Positions 14,101 to 23,199 of a DNA stretch of 64,000 nucleotides are shown here, in pieces; position 1 is the first letter of the stretch; each line of letters begins with the position of its first letter. Source of the stretch: Guillardia theta CCMP2712 (taxonomy: Eukaryota; Protista; Cryptophyta); the NCBI RefSeq assembly GCF_000315625.1, contig NW_005434642.1:345131-409130 (forward strand), read 5' to 3'. Below the pieces are notes generated by a model. It was given only the letters and a program-made list of their open reading frames with translations, made no database searches and had not been told where the DNA came from. Both the position numbers and the translations under genes were made by a program.

Positions 14101-17100
14101 TCTTCGCTTCAATCGGACTGAGAACAACTTTCACTTCGACAAGGACCGTGCAAGGAGCTCGTCGCTGACCAAGTCCGACAAGAAGGTGGAGGCGGACAAG
14201 AATGCGCTGCTGCTGTCTGATCAAACCATTTCGGCCGCACTCAAGCACCTCCGCCCCATCTGCAAGTTCGTCACTCCCCTCGAGATCCCCCGCATCTGTT
14301 CCGCCTTCCAAGTGCGCGTGTTCGAACCAGGGACCACGTTGGTGGAAGTGAATGACGCGGCAGGAGCCATGTACGTCATCCAGACAGGTTCAGTGTTCGT
14401 GATCGAGACCCGAGAGGGAGTGGAGATTGTCGTGGAGACTCTGTTGCCTGGCCAGCAGTTTGGCAGAGAGTCTCTCATAGGAGAGATCAAGACTTGGCCC
14501 TGGAAGGTCCGCTGCTCTCAGAGGGTGATCGCTCTGATCCTGACTGCCAACGACTTCACGGAGTTCGTCGAGTACTGTGATAAGTCCGGCAGACTGCAGC
14601 TCACCGACGAGCTTCAGATCATCCTGGAGACGAAGAGGGAGGCTTGCTCGCTGCTAGACGCGATCTACGACCTCAGCCTGTCGGTTCGAACCACCAAGAT
14701 GCTGCAGGAATATCGGTTTGACTTGAACGTGTCAAAGAAAGAGTACGTGCTGGGTATGCTGGCAGACAACTCGGGGCAACTGCTGCACAGGTTCCCATCC
14801 AAGGTCCTAGCTAACCAGAAGACGGTGCCTGACGTGATCAGCATCTCCTTCCCTTACCTCCCTCAGCTTTCTGTGCGCCTGAAGCCGCTGTTCAGAATCT
14901 ACAGCGATGCGCTGCGAATTGACAGGATAGTCGTCCTTTCATCGTTCGTGCAGTATGTTCTGGCCACCGTTGTGATCATCTTGCTCTCTGTTCGGATCCA
15001 GGAAGTCAGAGCTGCAGGCTGGGCACTGGGAAGCTCTGCTCGTTACTCCAGTCACCCAGGGCTGTCTAACGGGTATGCCGCGCTTGTCGTCAACCTGATC
15101 CTTACCGTCATTTGGGCTCTCTCCCTCATAGTGAATTGCTTTGCAGTCTACACCTTCCACAGGGTGGCGATCTTGAACTCGCCGTCTGAAAGGCATCTCA
15201 ACCTCTTGAAGGCGGGACTTGTCGTTCAGTGCTGCTACTTGGTCTATTTCTTTCTCAACACCCTTGTTTGCTTCTCGTTTGCGCTTGCCGACAGCAATGC
15301 AAATGACAGCGTTTACGGCATCTGGACCCAGCTGCTGTGGTGTTGCCTTCTCACCCCCCTCCTGTGCTTGAACCTCTACTTCCTCAGCTCCTTGCGGTCA
15401 TTCATGGAGTTTCCCAGTCTGTTCAGCGAGCAGGGGTCGTCGGAGGAGACGAGCCTGCGCAAGAAACCAGGAGCTCCAAGGAGGGAGTTCATCAAGATCA
15501 TAGAGTTCATGAACCTCGACGAGGACGGGTGGCTGTCGAGTTGCCTTGCTGACCTCATCATCTTCCCCTATGAGCCCCTGGTGGTCGACGCCTTCAGCCT
15601 GCTCGTTAGGACCCACCAAAACCAGTTCTTCCTCCACAAGTCCCTGTCCAACACTCTGATCCTTATTGAGGACGACAGCGACGTGCTGAATCGCTTCGCC
15701 GATCGGCTCACCCTGAACTTCCTGCGGGTGGCTAACGACATTCAGTCCTTCACTGTGGAGCGCATGCACTACATCTCGAGTAAGGCGAGCAAGGACAACG
15801 ACCTGCGCATCAGGGCCATCTCGTCTGTCGAGCCGAAGCTGAACAAGCTGCTTGAGATGATCGGCGATGACAAGCCGGTGGTCCAGAGGAGGCTGTTCCA
15901 AAGGAAGAGCGTCCACAAAGTTCTGCTGAGGCTCCTCCGATGTCTCCCAGCTGACTTCCAGGAGACCACGGGCCCTCTCTGCTTCCAGTGCCTGGCGGCC
16001 CTCTGCAATGACAGCCTCCCGATCCAGCACGAGCTCAGTCAGCACCTGAGCATCTTCAGGACGTTCCAGGACTCCATCCCGCGAAGTGTCGTCATGCTGC
16101 TCTCCGCCATCTACTCCGACAACGTGGACCTGTGCTACAACGTAGAAGAGAGCCTGATCTCGCACGTGACCGACTTGATGCAGGATGAGGTGGACGTCTG
16201 CTACCTCAACTTCCTGCAGGTGCTCATCCACCCCAAGCAGCAGATCCTGCGGAGGAATCAGAACCTCGTGACCAAGTACCTCGAGCTGAACAGCATCCAG
16301 CTCCCTCTCTTCCAGGGAGCCGCGGGCAGGAGCACAAGAGCTACGATGCTGGATGATCCCAACACCTCCCAGGGAGTCCTGCGCTGCTACCTCGCGTCCA
16401 TCCGCCTCCTTACTATGTGCATGAAGGAGTCCAACTTCGAGAACAAGGCCCGGTTCCGGCGGGCCGGCAGCCCCCTGGCCATGTCACTGGACGACATCGT
16501 GGAGGATCTGAGGGATGAGAAGCTGCCGGCCAAGATCAAGGAAGCTCTCCTCGCCTTCCTCACAGAGGCCTACGTCAGGGTCGACATGGTCAATGCCCAC
16601 CTGCGCCTCCAGCTGGAGCTGTGCGACATCTTCGAGCACTTTGCGCGCTCTATCGAGCTCTTGCCCTGCAGCCCGCAAGGGCACAAGACCCAGCTCCTGT
16701 CCAGCAGCGAGAGGTCCCTCCTCATCGTCGGGTACCTGGACTCGGCCCAGGCTCTCTTCAGCTCTCTCCCACCTGCCGACCTGATGCAGAGAGACAACAT
16801 CCGGGTGAAGGTCGGTGGGCACCTGCTGGAGGTTCTGCTGGACTTGCTGGACAGTGACAGGAGGGTACTGCAAGCACACGAGGAGCTGAGAATCCTTGAC
16901 CTGGTCTCGTTGCTGACCTCCAACCTGCGCTCCTCCTTTTCTCGCTTCAAGTTCCTCCACCCCAAGTTCCAAGACGTGTTTGGCTTCTCTTCGTTGAAGA
17001 TCAGCCTGAAGGACTCCAGCAGCTCGCACGCCGCTGGTTCGGCCTCGGAGCAGGAGGAGGACAAGCTGTTCGAGGAGAGCTGTGTGGCTGAGAGGAGAAA

Positions 17101-20100
17101 GGAGATCGAGAGGAGCCTTGAGGAGCAAGAGGAGAGGCGGCAGGGTCAGAAGCTGGACATTCCCAGCGGCGTCGTCGTGTTTGCCAACGAGTTCTTGAGA
17201 TCGATGGAGTCGTGCGAGCATGATGAGGGGCAGCGGCTGAAGAATGCGTTCCTGGAGGGCAGCGCGAGAGGAGACGGGGGGGAGGGTAGCATCAGCTTCC
17301 AGCACATGCAGAGCTTGATCAGCATGCTGTCAAACTCGTCGAAGCTCTCCCACCAGCTGACGGAGAGGGCTCTCAAGATCGTCAAGGACCTTGTTATGAT
17401 CCAGCAGAAGCAGAGCAGGGCTAACTGCACGGCGGAGGGGGAGGAGAAGAGGAGGTGGCTGAAGCACGGGATCGCGAAGATGGTGATTGAGATCATGTCG
17501 ACGTCGCACAAGCAGGACAAGGTCGTGCTCGAGTGCCTCAACATCTCAAACTTCATGCTCGACAACGGGAAGGCGCCTTGCCAGGGGGCCTTCATGGAGC
17601 TGCTCAGGAGGGACGAGAAGAACTCGCTCTTTCAGAACCTGCGCGACCGCCTGGTGCGGGCTGAGAGGTCCCTCCCGATGCTCCAGAGCTCGTTCAACAA
17701 GTACTGCTCCGAGCTCTCGGCGCAGAGCAGCAACAAGGGGTTCGATTTGACGCTGGGAGGGATAGAAGAGATCATGAAGGAGGACAGGGCGAACGACGTC
17801 TTCTACGGCAGCCAGGTCCTCCTCATCCTCCGCTTCCTGCAGCTCCTGTGCGAGGGGCACAACAAGGACATGCAGGAGTACGTCCGGTTCCAGGGCAAGA
17901 AGTCGATCGATCTCGTCTCCTCCTGCGCTGAGTTCCTTGCCGCCTGCTCAAGGCACATGCACCCCTGCTCCATCGCCTTCGCCCTCCAGGGCGTTGACAC
18001 GCTCATCGAGTTCGTCCAGAACCCTTGCTACAAGAACCAGCGGGCGCTGGTGGACACTCAGCTCCCGCACGTCCTCAACCAGTTCCTCCAGCTTATTCCC
18101 ACCTGCAGCGTCCAGCTGGTGGACATCAGCAGGTACGAGGCGGACGTGGACGCGCTGAAGAACAAGTCGGTGACTCTCCTCCTCTCCCTCCTCGAGCGCG
18201 TCGACGACCCCTTCATCCCCGCCAGGATCCTCAAGGCCCTGGAGATCGACAAGCTCATCATGCAGATGAACTCGCTGCAGGAGCAGTACCTTGCGGGGGA
18301 CAACGCCAAGTTCCGCCACTACGAGGAGGGGAAGGTGGCTGTGGAGGAGATCAGTCAGCACGGGGCCTTCCAGGTCGCCTGCTCGCTGTTCATGCTGGTG
18401 GTGATGCTGCAGTACTTTGACAAGGAGGACGAGCACGACCTGGCCTCGAAGCTCAATGAGGAAGTCATCCAAGACTTCGTCCGCCTGCAGGCCAACTGCG
18501 GCTTCATCGAGATCTCCCGCGACGGGAAGCTGGAGAGGGTCTTCTTCCAGATCCCCGCCATCTGCCGTCACCTCAGCAGGGAAGCGAAGAACGACGTCCT
18601 GCGGGACCTGAACAGAGGCAACCACCAGGACCGCATGCTCGGGCTGGTGGAGAGCTCCCTCCTCCGGTACGACGAGATGGTGTACATGTACGAGCTGCAC
18701 AAATCTGTCGTCTACGAGGCCTTCCACCGAGTCAGCAAGCACCTCGACGTCTCGTTCTTCCTCAACGCTCTCCTCCTCAACTTCCTCATCCTCTTCGGAT
18801 TCAGGTACAAGGACACCCAGTACGTCACCCTTGAGAACATGAGCAACATCGTCCTGCCCGCCTCCTTCGTCAGCCCGATCCTGACCTTCGCTGCCTTTCA
18901 GTTGGTCCTGTGCCTGCTCAGGCTGAGCAGGTACATGATCGAATCAGGTTTCTTCCGAGTCAAAAAGATCTTCCTCTCTCGCCCGGACTACTACCAAGTC
19001 TACACGGAGCTCTACGGTGGCCCGAAGTACTTCTATCTCTTCGGCACAATCCTCCTCACCGACAAGTTCCTCCTCCTCCTCCTCTTCTACTTGGTCATGA
19101 ACCTGTTGGCCCTCTACCTCGGTTCCCAGGACCCCCGCTTTCTCTTCTTTCTCATCTCCCACCTTATCGACATGTTCCACCTCAGCCGCGCCCTTGGCAA
19201 CGTCGTCAGGGCAGTGTCTAGCAGGGCCAACACCCTCCTGCAGACCGCGGCCCTCGCCTTTGTCATGATGTTCATCTACAGCGCCATCGGCTTCGTCCTC
19301 TTCCCAGAGTACTTCGCGTTCGAGGCGGCGGAGGTGCGCAACGGAGACGAGATGAGCTACAACGTCAACTCGGCTCGCTGCGACTCAGTGTGGAAGTGCT
19401 TCCTGGTCGTGGTTGACATGGGGCTGCGCAAGGGAGACGTCGGAGGAGCGCTGGAGGACATCCAGTGGCGGAGCGTGATGCCGGGGACCACTGTGGAGCC
19501 CTGCTCCTCCCCTCCTGGTCTAGAGTACATGGGATGCCTCGGGATAGGTGGGATCGACGTGGGCCCGTACATCATCCTCCGCATCGCGTACACGACGACG
19601 TTCTTCATCTTGGTCAACACCATCCTCCTCAACATCATCTTCGGCATCATCATCGATACGTTCGGGGAGCTGCGCAAGCAGAACCAGGACATGGAGGAGG
19701 ACCTGAACCTCCGCTGCTTTATCTGCGGGCTGGAGAGGTACAGGTTCGAGATCAACTCGAGGGACGGGCTGGGGTTCGAGCAGCACGTGAAGAAGGACCA
19801 CAACATCTGGGACTTCCTCTACTTCATCGTCTACCTCTCGCAGAAGAGCATCGACGAGCACACAGGCTTCGAGTCCTATGTCTTCAAGAAGCTCAACGAC
19901 TTGGACGAGGCAGGAGGAGTGGTCAGGAAGCACATCCCCGACGTCTCCTGGATCCCTTGCAAGGAGGCCATGGTGCTCAAGGGCCGAGGGGGGGAGGAGG
20001 ACGAGCAGTCGCTCGCTGCCAGGCTGGTGAAGCTGGGAAAGGAGATCAAAAGTCTTGCAAGCAGCACGCAGGCACACCTGCAGGCGCTGCTGTTCACGGC

Positions 20101-20377
20101 CGAGAGCGGTGCTCAGTTTGAGGAGGAGGAGGAGGAGGAGGAGGAGGAGGATTATGATGAGGATGATGATCATGGTGGATATGATGATGAGTATGGAGAA
20201 GGGAAGGAGGAGGAGGAGGAGGAGGAGGAGGAGGAGGAGGAGAGTGAGAGGCGGGACCTTCATGACAGCAGGGCGTCTTCTCCGCTATCGGACATCGTCA
20301 GGGAGGATGGAGAACAAGACAGCGAAGAAGGTGCGAGAAGAGACAGTGGGGATTTTCTCATTCCCGGGGTATTCTAG
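11186..20377 (+). CDS. ITPR: IP3-receptor/ryanodine-receptor superfamily Ca2+-release channel (IP3R-like), 3063 aa, intronless
   Basis: N-terminal beta-trefoil motifs (GKPVHYGDVIQLRQLKS, FKILPRFRY..EG..VCYGDQITL); MIR (VGDVVRLYH, YSLMHLVTKRYL); RIH-associated (LRFLQLLCEGHN, TLIEFVQNPC..NQ); IEI.RDGKLERVFFQIP; C-terminal TM region with CDSVWKCF..GLR, LLNIIFGIIIDTFGELR, CFICGLER..HVKKDHNIWDFLYF. Confidence 0.95.
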   Translation: MNPTELLGSMALVRPDPYDEATALRFGDFILLSCSFIEDNAGFLCEQGCVRKRWDTHLKLSSRELVFEVCTAREERFLVEWESLNKNRARVEDFSRLEHVKMQNQMEKKANDSQAEHMTGKPVHYGDVIQLRQLKSQAFLGVDISQAPRDEPTAKKIVLHDRPGKPVGFKILPRFRYLVEGHTVCYGDQITLESMSFPREFLHASNNSCYPSEIGMIHEVTLSIRQEAAWKVEPFLSFSLQSKALVKVGDVVRLYHPFHQAYIAATGMDNTVYLQSGQTSLSSTMWVVADKNPLIGGLVKLHHSYSLMHLVTKRYLCVTAEKLQPALRINTVHESYDDGQEDSSRSLFSAVKLSANHSHGVFFSFEPYDDDHQNLHLQWSGRIRLMHTNTRDYLHCMNSHQLSDPLRPLEDADSSQIARLNVIEEDHQISYEERLAEDLSKLPERVVVSSPALFREDSFDVEQVPEEQIRSVDVVLGILPTLESYLMQMNKFESIEFSEDVVLEILDRLSDLRLYIYDIQVRDRTKIAVLNDKELLQMNPLEYCQNFMHDLGVPQLLFAIIRQTCKIWLKQVPTTAEPANNLKSDKTQKKVNQTKSSGLYKLISPTNLLNLPRNRSAKLVLQMCYSVLWHIVHKHKKNSIEVASFLNEMQDHLILDIGAERVLLEVLEGNEKLLLSLAGDATRDDHIRFHLRALATEGKDPMHVRFLSAFTAVADRGISRHQDIVLESILDEVDDILLRVRVECQAVQLFDARHAISENPSTWRDLGDLVADMSRAGKRGHQSRRMLEYWIETFALLANLCKPDSLGRRQFIIGRVKKFVPLEVCISCLQDDRLSEHLRRHVCEFIRFCYVEGDEFNSITRLTGISIWKDLDSYQNFHFLNRVTEEKQAGSQQPDSARNPDPPKDLYDLRTIVREYFAQSSCQMYPGERPFANELKLSMLKLCKQLLVFGFVCEEDLKSVIKETMDLLDFSSLRFNRTENNFHFDKDRARSSSLTKSDKKVEADKNALLLSDQTISAALKHLRPICKFVTPLEIPRICSAFQVRVFEPGTTLVEVNDAAGAMYVIQTGSVFVIETREGVEIVVETLLPGQQFGRESLIGEIKTWPWKVRCSQRVIALILTANDFTEFVEYCDKSGRLQLTDELQIILETKREACSLLDAIYDLSLSVRTTKMLQEYRFDLNVSKKEYVLGMLADNSGQLLHRFPSKVLANQKTVPDVISISFPYLPQLSVRLKPLFRIYSDALRIDRIVVLSSFVQYVLATVVIILLSVRIQEVRAAGWALGSSARYSSHPGLSNGYAALVVNLILTVIWALSLIVNCFAVYTFHRVAILNSPSERHLNLLKAGLVVQCCYLVYFFLNTLVCFSFALADSNANDSVYGIWTQLLWCCLLTPLLCLNLYFLSSLRSFMEFPSLFSEQGSSEETSLRKKPGAPRREFIKIIEFMNLDEDGWLSSCLADLIIFPYEPLVVDAFSLLVRTHQNQFFLHKSLSNTLILIEDDSDVLNRFADRLTLNFLRVANDIQSFTVERMHYISSKASKDNDLRIRAISSVEPKLNKLLEMIGDDKPVVQRRLFQRKSVHKVLLRLLRCLPADFQETTGPLCFQCLAALCNDSLPIQHELSQHLSIFRTFQDSIPRSVVMLLSAIYSDNVDLCYNVEESLISHVTDLMQDEVDVCYLNFLQVLIHPKQQILRRNQNLVTKYLELNSIQLPLFQGAAGRSTRATMLDDPNTSQGVLRCYLASIRLLTMCMKESNFENKARFRRAGSPLAMSLDDIVEDLRDEKLPAKIKEALLAFLTEAYVRVDMVNAHLRLQLELCDIFEHFARSIELLPCSPQGHKTQLLSSSERSLLIVGYLDSAQALFSSLPPADLMQRDNIRVKVGGHLLEVLLDLLDSDRRVLQAHEELRILDLVSLLTSNLRSSFSRFKFLHPKFQDVFGFSSLKISLKDSSSSHAAGSASEQEEDKLFEESCVAERRKEIERSLEEQEERRQGQKLDIPSGVVVFANEFLRSMESCEHDEGQRLKNAFLEGSARGDGGEGSISFQHMQSLISMLSNSSKLSHQLTERALKIVKDLVMIQQKQSRANCTAEGEEKRRWLKHGIAKMVIEIMSTSHKQDKVVLECLNISNFMLDNGKAPCQGAFMELLRRDEKNSLFQNLRDRLVRAERSLPMLQSSFNKYCSELSAQSSNKGFDLTLGGIEEIMKEDRANDVFYGSQVLLILRFLQLLCEGHNKDMQEYVRFQGKKSIDLVSSCAEFLAACSRHMHPCSIAFALQGVDTLIEFVQNPCYKNQRALVDTQLPHVLNQFLQLIPTCSVQLVDISRYEADVDALKNKSVTLLLSLLERVDDPFIPARILKALEIDKLIMQMNSLQEQYLAGDNAKFRHYEEGKVAVEEISQHGAFQVACSLFMLVVMLQYFDKEDEHDLASKLNEEVIQDFVRLQANCGFIEISRDGKLERVFFQIPAICRHLSREAKNDVLRDLNRGNHQDRMLGLVESSLLRYDEMVYMYELHKSVVYEAFHRVSKHLDVSFFLNALLLNFLILFGFRYKDTQYVTLENMSNIVLPASFVSPILTFAAFQLVLCLLRLSRYMIESGFFRVKKIFLSRPDYYQVYTELYGGPKYFYLFGTILLTDKFLLLLLFYLVMNLLALYLGSQDPRFLFFLISHLIDMFHLSRALGNVVRAVSSRANTLLQTAALAFVMMFIYSAIGFVLFPEYFAFEAAEVRNGDEMSYNVNSARCDSVWKCFLVVVDMGLRKGDVGGALEDIQWRSVMPGTTVEPCSSPPGLEYMGCLGIGGIDVGPYIILRIAYTTTFFILVNTILLNIIFGIIIDTFGELRKQNQDMEEDLNLRCFICGLERYRFEINSRDGLGFEQHVKKDHNIWDFLYFIVYLSQKSIDEHTGFESYVFKKLNDLDEAGGVVRKHIPDVSWIPCKEAMVLKGRGGEEDEQSLAARLVKLGKEIKSLASSTQAHLQALLFTAESGAQFEEEEEEEEEEDYDEDDDHGGYDDEYGEGKEEEEEEEEEEEESERRDLHDSRASSPLSDIVREDGEQDSEEGARRDSGDFLIPGVF

Positions 20378-20636
20378 AGCCTCAAGTTAACGAAGAGAGT
20401 TCGGAAGTTGTTGGGTGGATGAGGAGGAGGGAGAGATTATGAGGGTAAGGAGGAAGGAGGGAGGGAGGAAGCACATCGTTTGAAAGCGCGTAATGATGGC
20501 GATTGGAGGTTGAAACATCTCGATTATATCGTACTATCCCCTTCCTTCACCTTGTCTTGATCCTCCCTCCCTCCAGATTTTTTCTCCTCCATCTCACCCA
20601 CCGCGACTGCCCGGGTCTCCTTCGATCCCTCTCGCC

Positions 20637-22454
20637 TCAATCATCGCCCGCTGATCCCTGCTTGCCCATCCCTTCTCCCAGGATCTGCATCGTCTTCCTT
20701 ACCAGCTGCCGCTGCCGCAAATTCTCCAAGTCAGGATCTGATCTGCTTGTGAGCATGCTGGCTGTACTGGAACTCTCCTCCCTCTCCCCAAGCCTGTCCA
20801 CCAGGGCCTTGATCGTCTTCCCCGAGCTGTACAGCGTCGTTGCCCGCCCTCCCTCTCTGCTCCCCTCCATCCCCGCCCTTGAGCCGCCATGGTTGGAGCG
20901 CCTTGCGACTTCCTGCAGACTCTGGGCGTCAGAGGGGAAGAGAACAAGAGGACTTTGTACCGAGGTCCCTTGCGAGAAAGTGGAGCCTGCGGTCAGCCTC
21001 TTGTCTGTGTTTCCGAAGACGTACCGGGGGGCTCCGTACCTGGGGGGAGTCTTGGTACTGTCCTGGAGGACCGAGCTCCTCAGCCAGGAGGCGTCAAGCC
21101 TCCGAGGAGAGTCGCTGCTGCCGTTGATGGGGAGGACGGGGGCCGAGCTCAAGAACTCCTCTTCGCTTTCCTTCTCCAAGTTCTCCATGGACGGCGCGGT
21201 CCCAAGGGGCGACCGGGCCTGTGACAGGTCAGTAGACGACTCGTAGGACGAGCTCTTGTGTGTAGGGACGAAGTGCCTTCGCCGCTCAAGGAAGCAGCGG
21301 CTGTCGTCTTCCACCTGCGTCTCATCGATCAGGTAGCTCTCCCTTGTCTTCTCCGCAAGGAGGGGGCTAGGAGCTGAGAAGATGTCGGCGGAGATGCTGC
21401 TGCACGTGAAGGTTTTCTCGTTCAGATCCCCTTCCAGGTGGTGCAGCAGGACGATCTCGTCCCTCTGCAGCATCTCCAGCCTCTTGGCTGATCCCTCCCA
21501 TGCTGCCTTCATCTCCGGGTTCCAGTCAGCCGCCCACCTCCTGTAGTTGCTCTTCATGAAGTCTTTCACGCTGGTGATCCTCTCCCTGGCAACCCGTGGA
21601 GTGCTCGCCATGCTGCTGCCAGACGAGCTGCTGGAGTTTTCTTCCTGAAGGGACGACACGCGCGGAGCCTCATCGCCCACTCTCGGATCAGGCGACAGCA
21701 CATCGCAGCTAAGAAGCTTGTGCTCTATGATCAGCTTGTACTCCTCGTTCTCCTTGAGCTCGATGTCGTCTGGTTTCTTCTTGTCGACTGCGTCCACCTT
21801 CCATCCCTGCGATTCGCTAGCCGTGGGCAGCTTGCTCGTGCCGAGTCTTGTGGGAGCCTCATCGTGTTTGCTGCGCCAGAAGGGTGAGACGGTCTTGGAG
21901 GACACTTCGAGGGGTAGGCACAACATGGGCTGAAGGCGAAGTTTCCTTGGGGTGAGAGAAACATACTGGCAGGGGAGCTGGTCGTCTACCGGCGGAGTCG
22001 CAAAGCTCTGTCGGCTGGAGCTCAACCCTTGGGCGGTCGGGCCGATGAACGACTCGTTGGCACTGATGACAGCTTGTTTGATGAAGCTTGTGGATGGCCT
22101 CTCAACCTTCTCTTTCCGATTGCCCTCGTACTTTTCCTGTTTCCTGTTCGACTTTAGCTCGATCTCCTTCTTGACAAGCTCCTCATACTCGTCGAACTCT
22201 GAGATGGTTTCGCCTAGCCTCTGGTTCCAACTCTTCATCTGCTGACTTCCCAGCCCAGACAGTGAGATGTCTTTGAGTTCCGAGTCGTAAACTAGCTTCC
22301 TGTTCGAACTCCTCTCAGTCAAGCTCGAGCGAGCCAGCACAGAATCTTCAGGAGCAGACTGATGCGCAAGCCTTGCGCTGAATGAAGACGTCTTCGACTC
22401 GTTCAAGCTCGGGCTCTTGCCAGCTTGCCAGAGCGATGGAACTTTCACAACCAT
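20637..22454 (-). CDS. Hypothetical Ser-rich, probably disordered protein (605 aa)
   Basis: Long uninterrupted ORF with coding-like composition; convergent with the IP3R gene; no recognised domain. Confidence 0.7.
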   Translation of the reverse strand: MVVKVPSLWQAGKSPSLNESKTSSFSARLAHQSAPEDSVLARSSLTERSSNRKLVYDSELKDISLSGLGSQQMKSWNQRLGETISEFDEYEELVKKEIELKSNRKQEKYEGNRKEKVERPSTSFIKQAVISANESFIGPTAQGLSSSRQSFATPPVDDQLPCQYVSLTPRKLRLQPMLCLPLEVSSKTVSPFWRSKHDEAPTRLGTSKLPTASESQGWKVDAVDKKKPDDIELKENEEYKLIIEHKLLSCDVLSPDPRVGDEAPRVSSLQEENSSSSSGSSMASTPRVARERITSVKDFMKSNYRRWAADWNPEMKAAWEGSAKRLEMLQRDEIVLLHHLEGDLNEKTFTCSSISADIFSAPSPLLAEKTRESYLIDETQVEDDSRCFLERRRHFVPTHKSSSYESSTDLSQARSPLGTAPSMENLEKESEEEFLSSAPVLPINGSSDSPRRLDASWLRSSVLQDSTKTPPRYGAPRYVFGNTDKRLTAGSTFSQGTSVQSPLVLFPSDAQSLQEVARRSNHGGSRAGMEGSREGGRATTLYSSGKTIKALVDRLGEREESSSTASMLTSRSDPDLENLRQRQLVRKTMQILGEGMGKQGSAGDD

Positions 22455-23199
22455 AACTTTTGTGCTGCCTACGTCGGGGACAGAGCAGCGAACTATTAAA
22501 ACTTGTGATCGACACGCGCAAGTTTGCTGTTCAAGATCCAGTAAACGGTCATACTACCTCATTGAAGGAATGCTTCTTCGCGTTCAACCATTGTCTTGTT
22601 TCCCTCTCTTCTTCTCCTCGCTCGTCTCTTCTGTCTTGCTTTCCTGTCCCTCCCTTCACTGGTACCGCTTCATCGGAATTTGAATGCGGTCAAAAATTCT
22701 TGCCGCTACCAGTTTGTAACGGTCAATAACGGTAATTTCTCGTAACGTCTGTAACGGTGATTCCTTGGACCCTGCAGCCATGCACAAGCATCCGCTACCC
22801 TCGCCGCCGCACCCCCAACCCTTTCTCCTCCCCCTCTCACTTCCCCTTCCTGCTTCCATGCCCTTCCTCCCCCCCCCCCGTCCCCGTCCCTTCCTTCCCC
22901 ACACACTCCTCCCCCTCCCCTCCCCTCGCCCTCCTATCCCCTCCCCCCCCCCCCCCTTCTCCTTCCTGCTTCCATGCCCTTCCTGCCGTTTTTCCATGCC
23001 CTTCCATGCCCTTCCATTAATTTCCGCTCCGTTCCGCTCCGTTCCGCTCCGTTCCACTCCCTTCCTTCTCCCTCCTTACCCCTTTCTCCATCCACCCCTC
23101 AACCTCTCCCCTTGTTACAGCTATGTTATGTTCTATTTTATTCTGACGAACATTCCTTTCCTAACTGATCTGATTGGGAGCAGGTAGCTTTCTTGTCCG

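Noticed and set aside
15398-20263. Long antisense and alternate-frame ORFs over the IP3R gene (also over Cav, NMO and Vps51)
   Set aside because: Expected shadow ORFs from high GC3 codon usage; no domain signal
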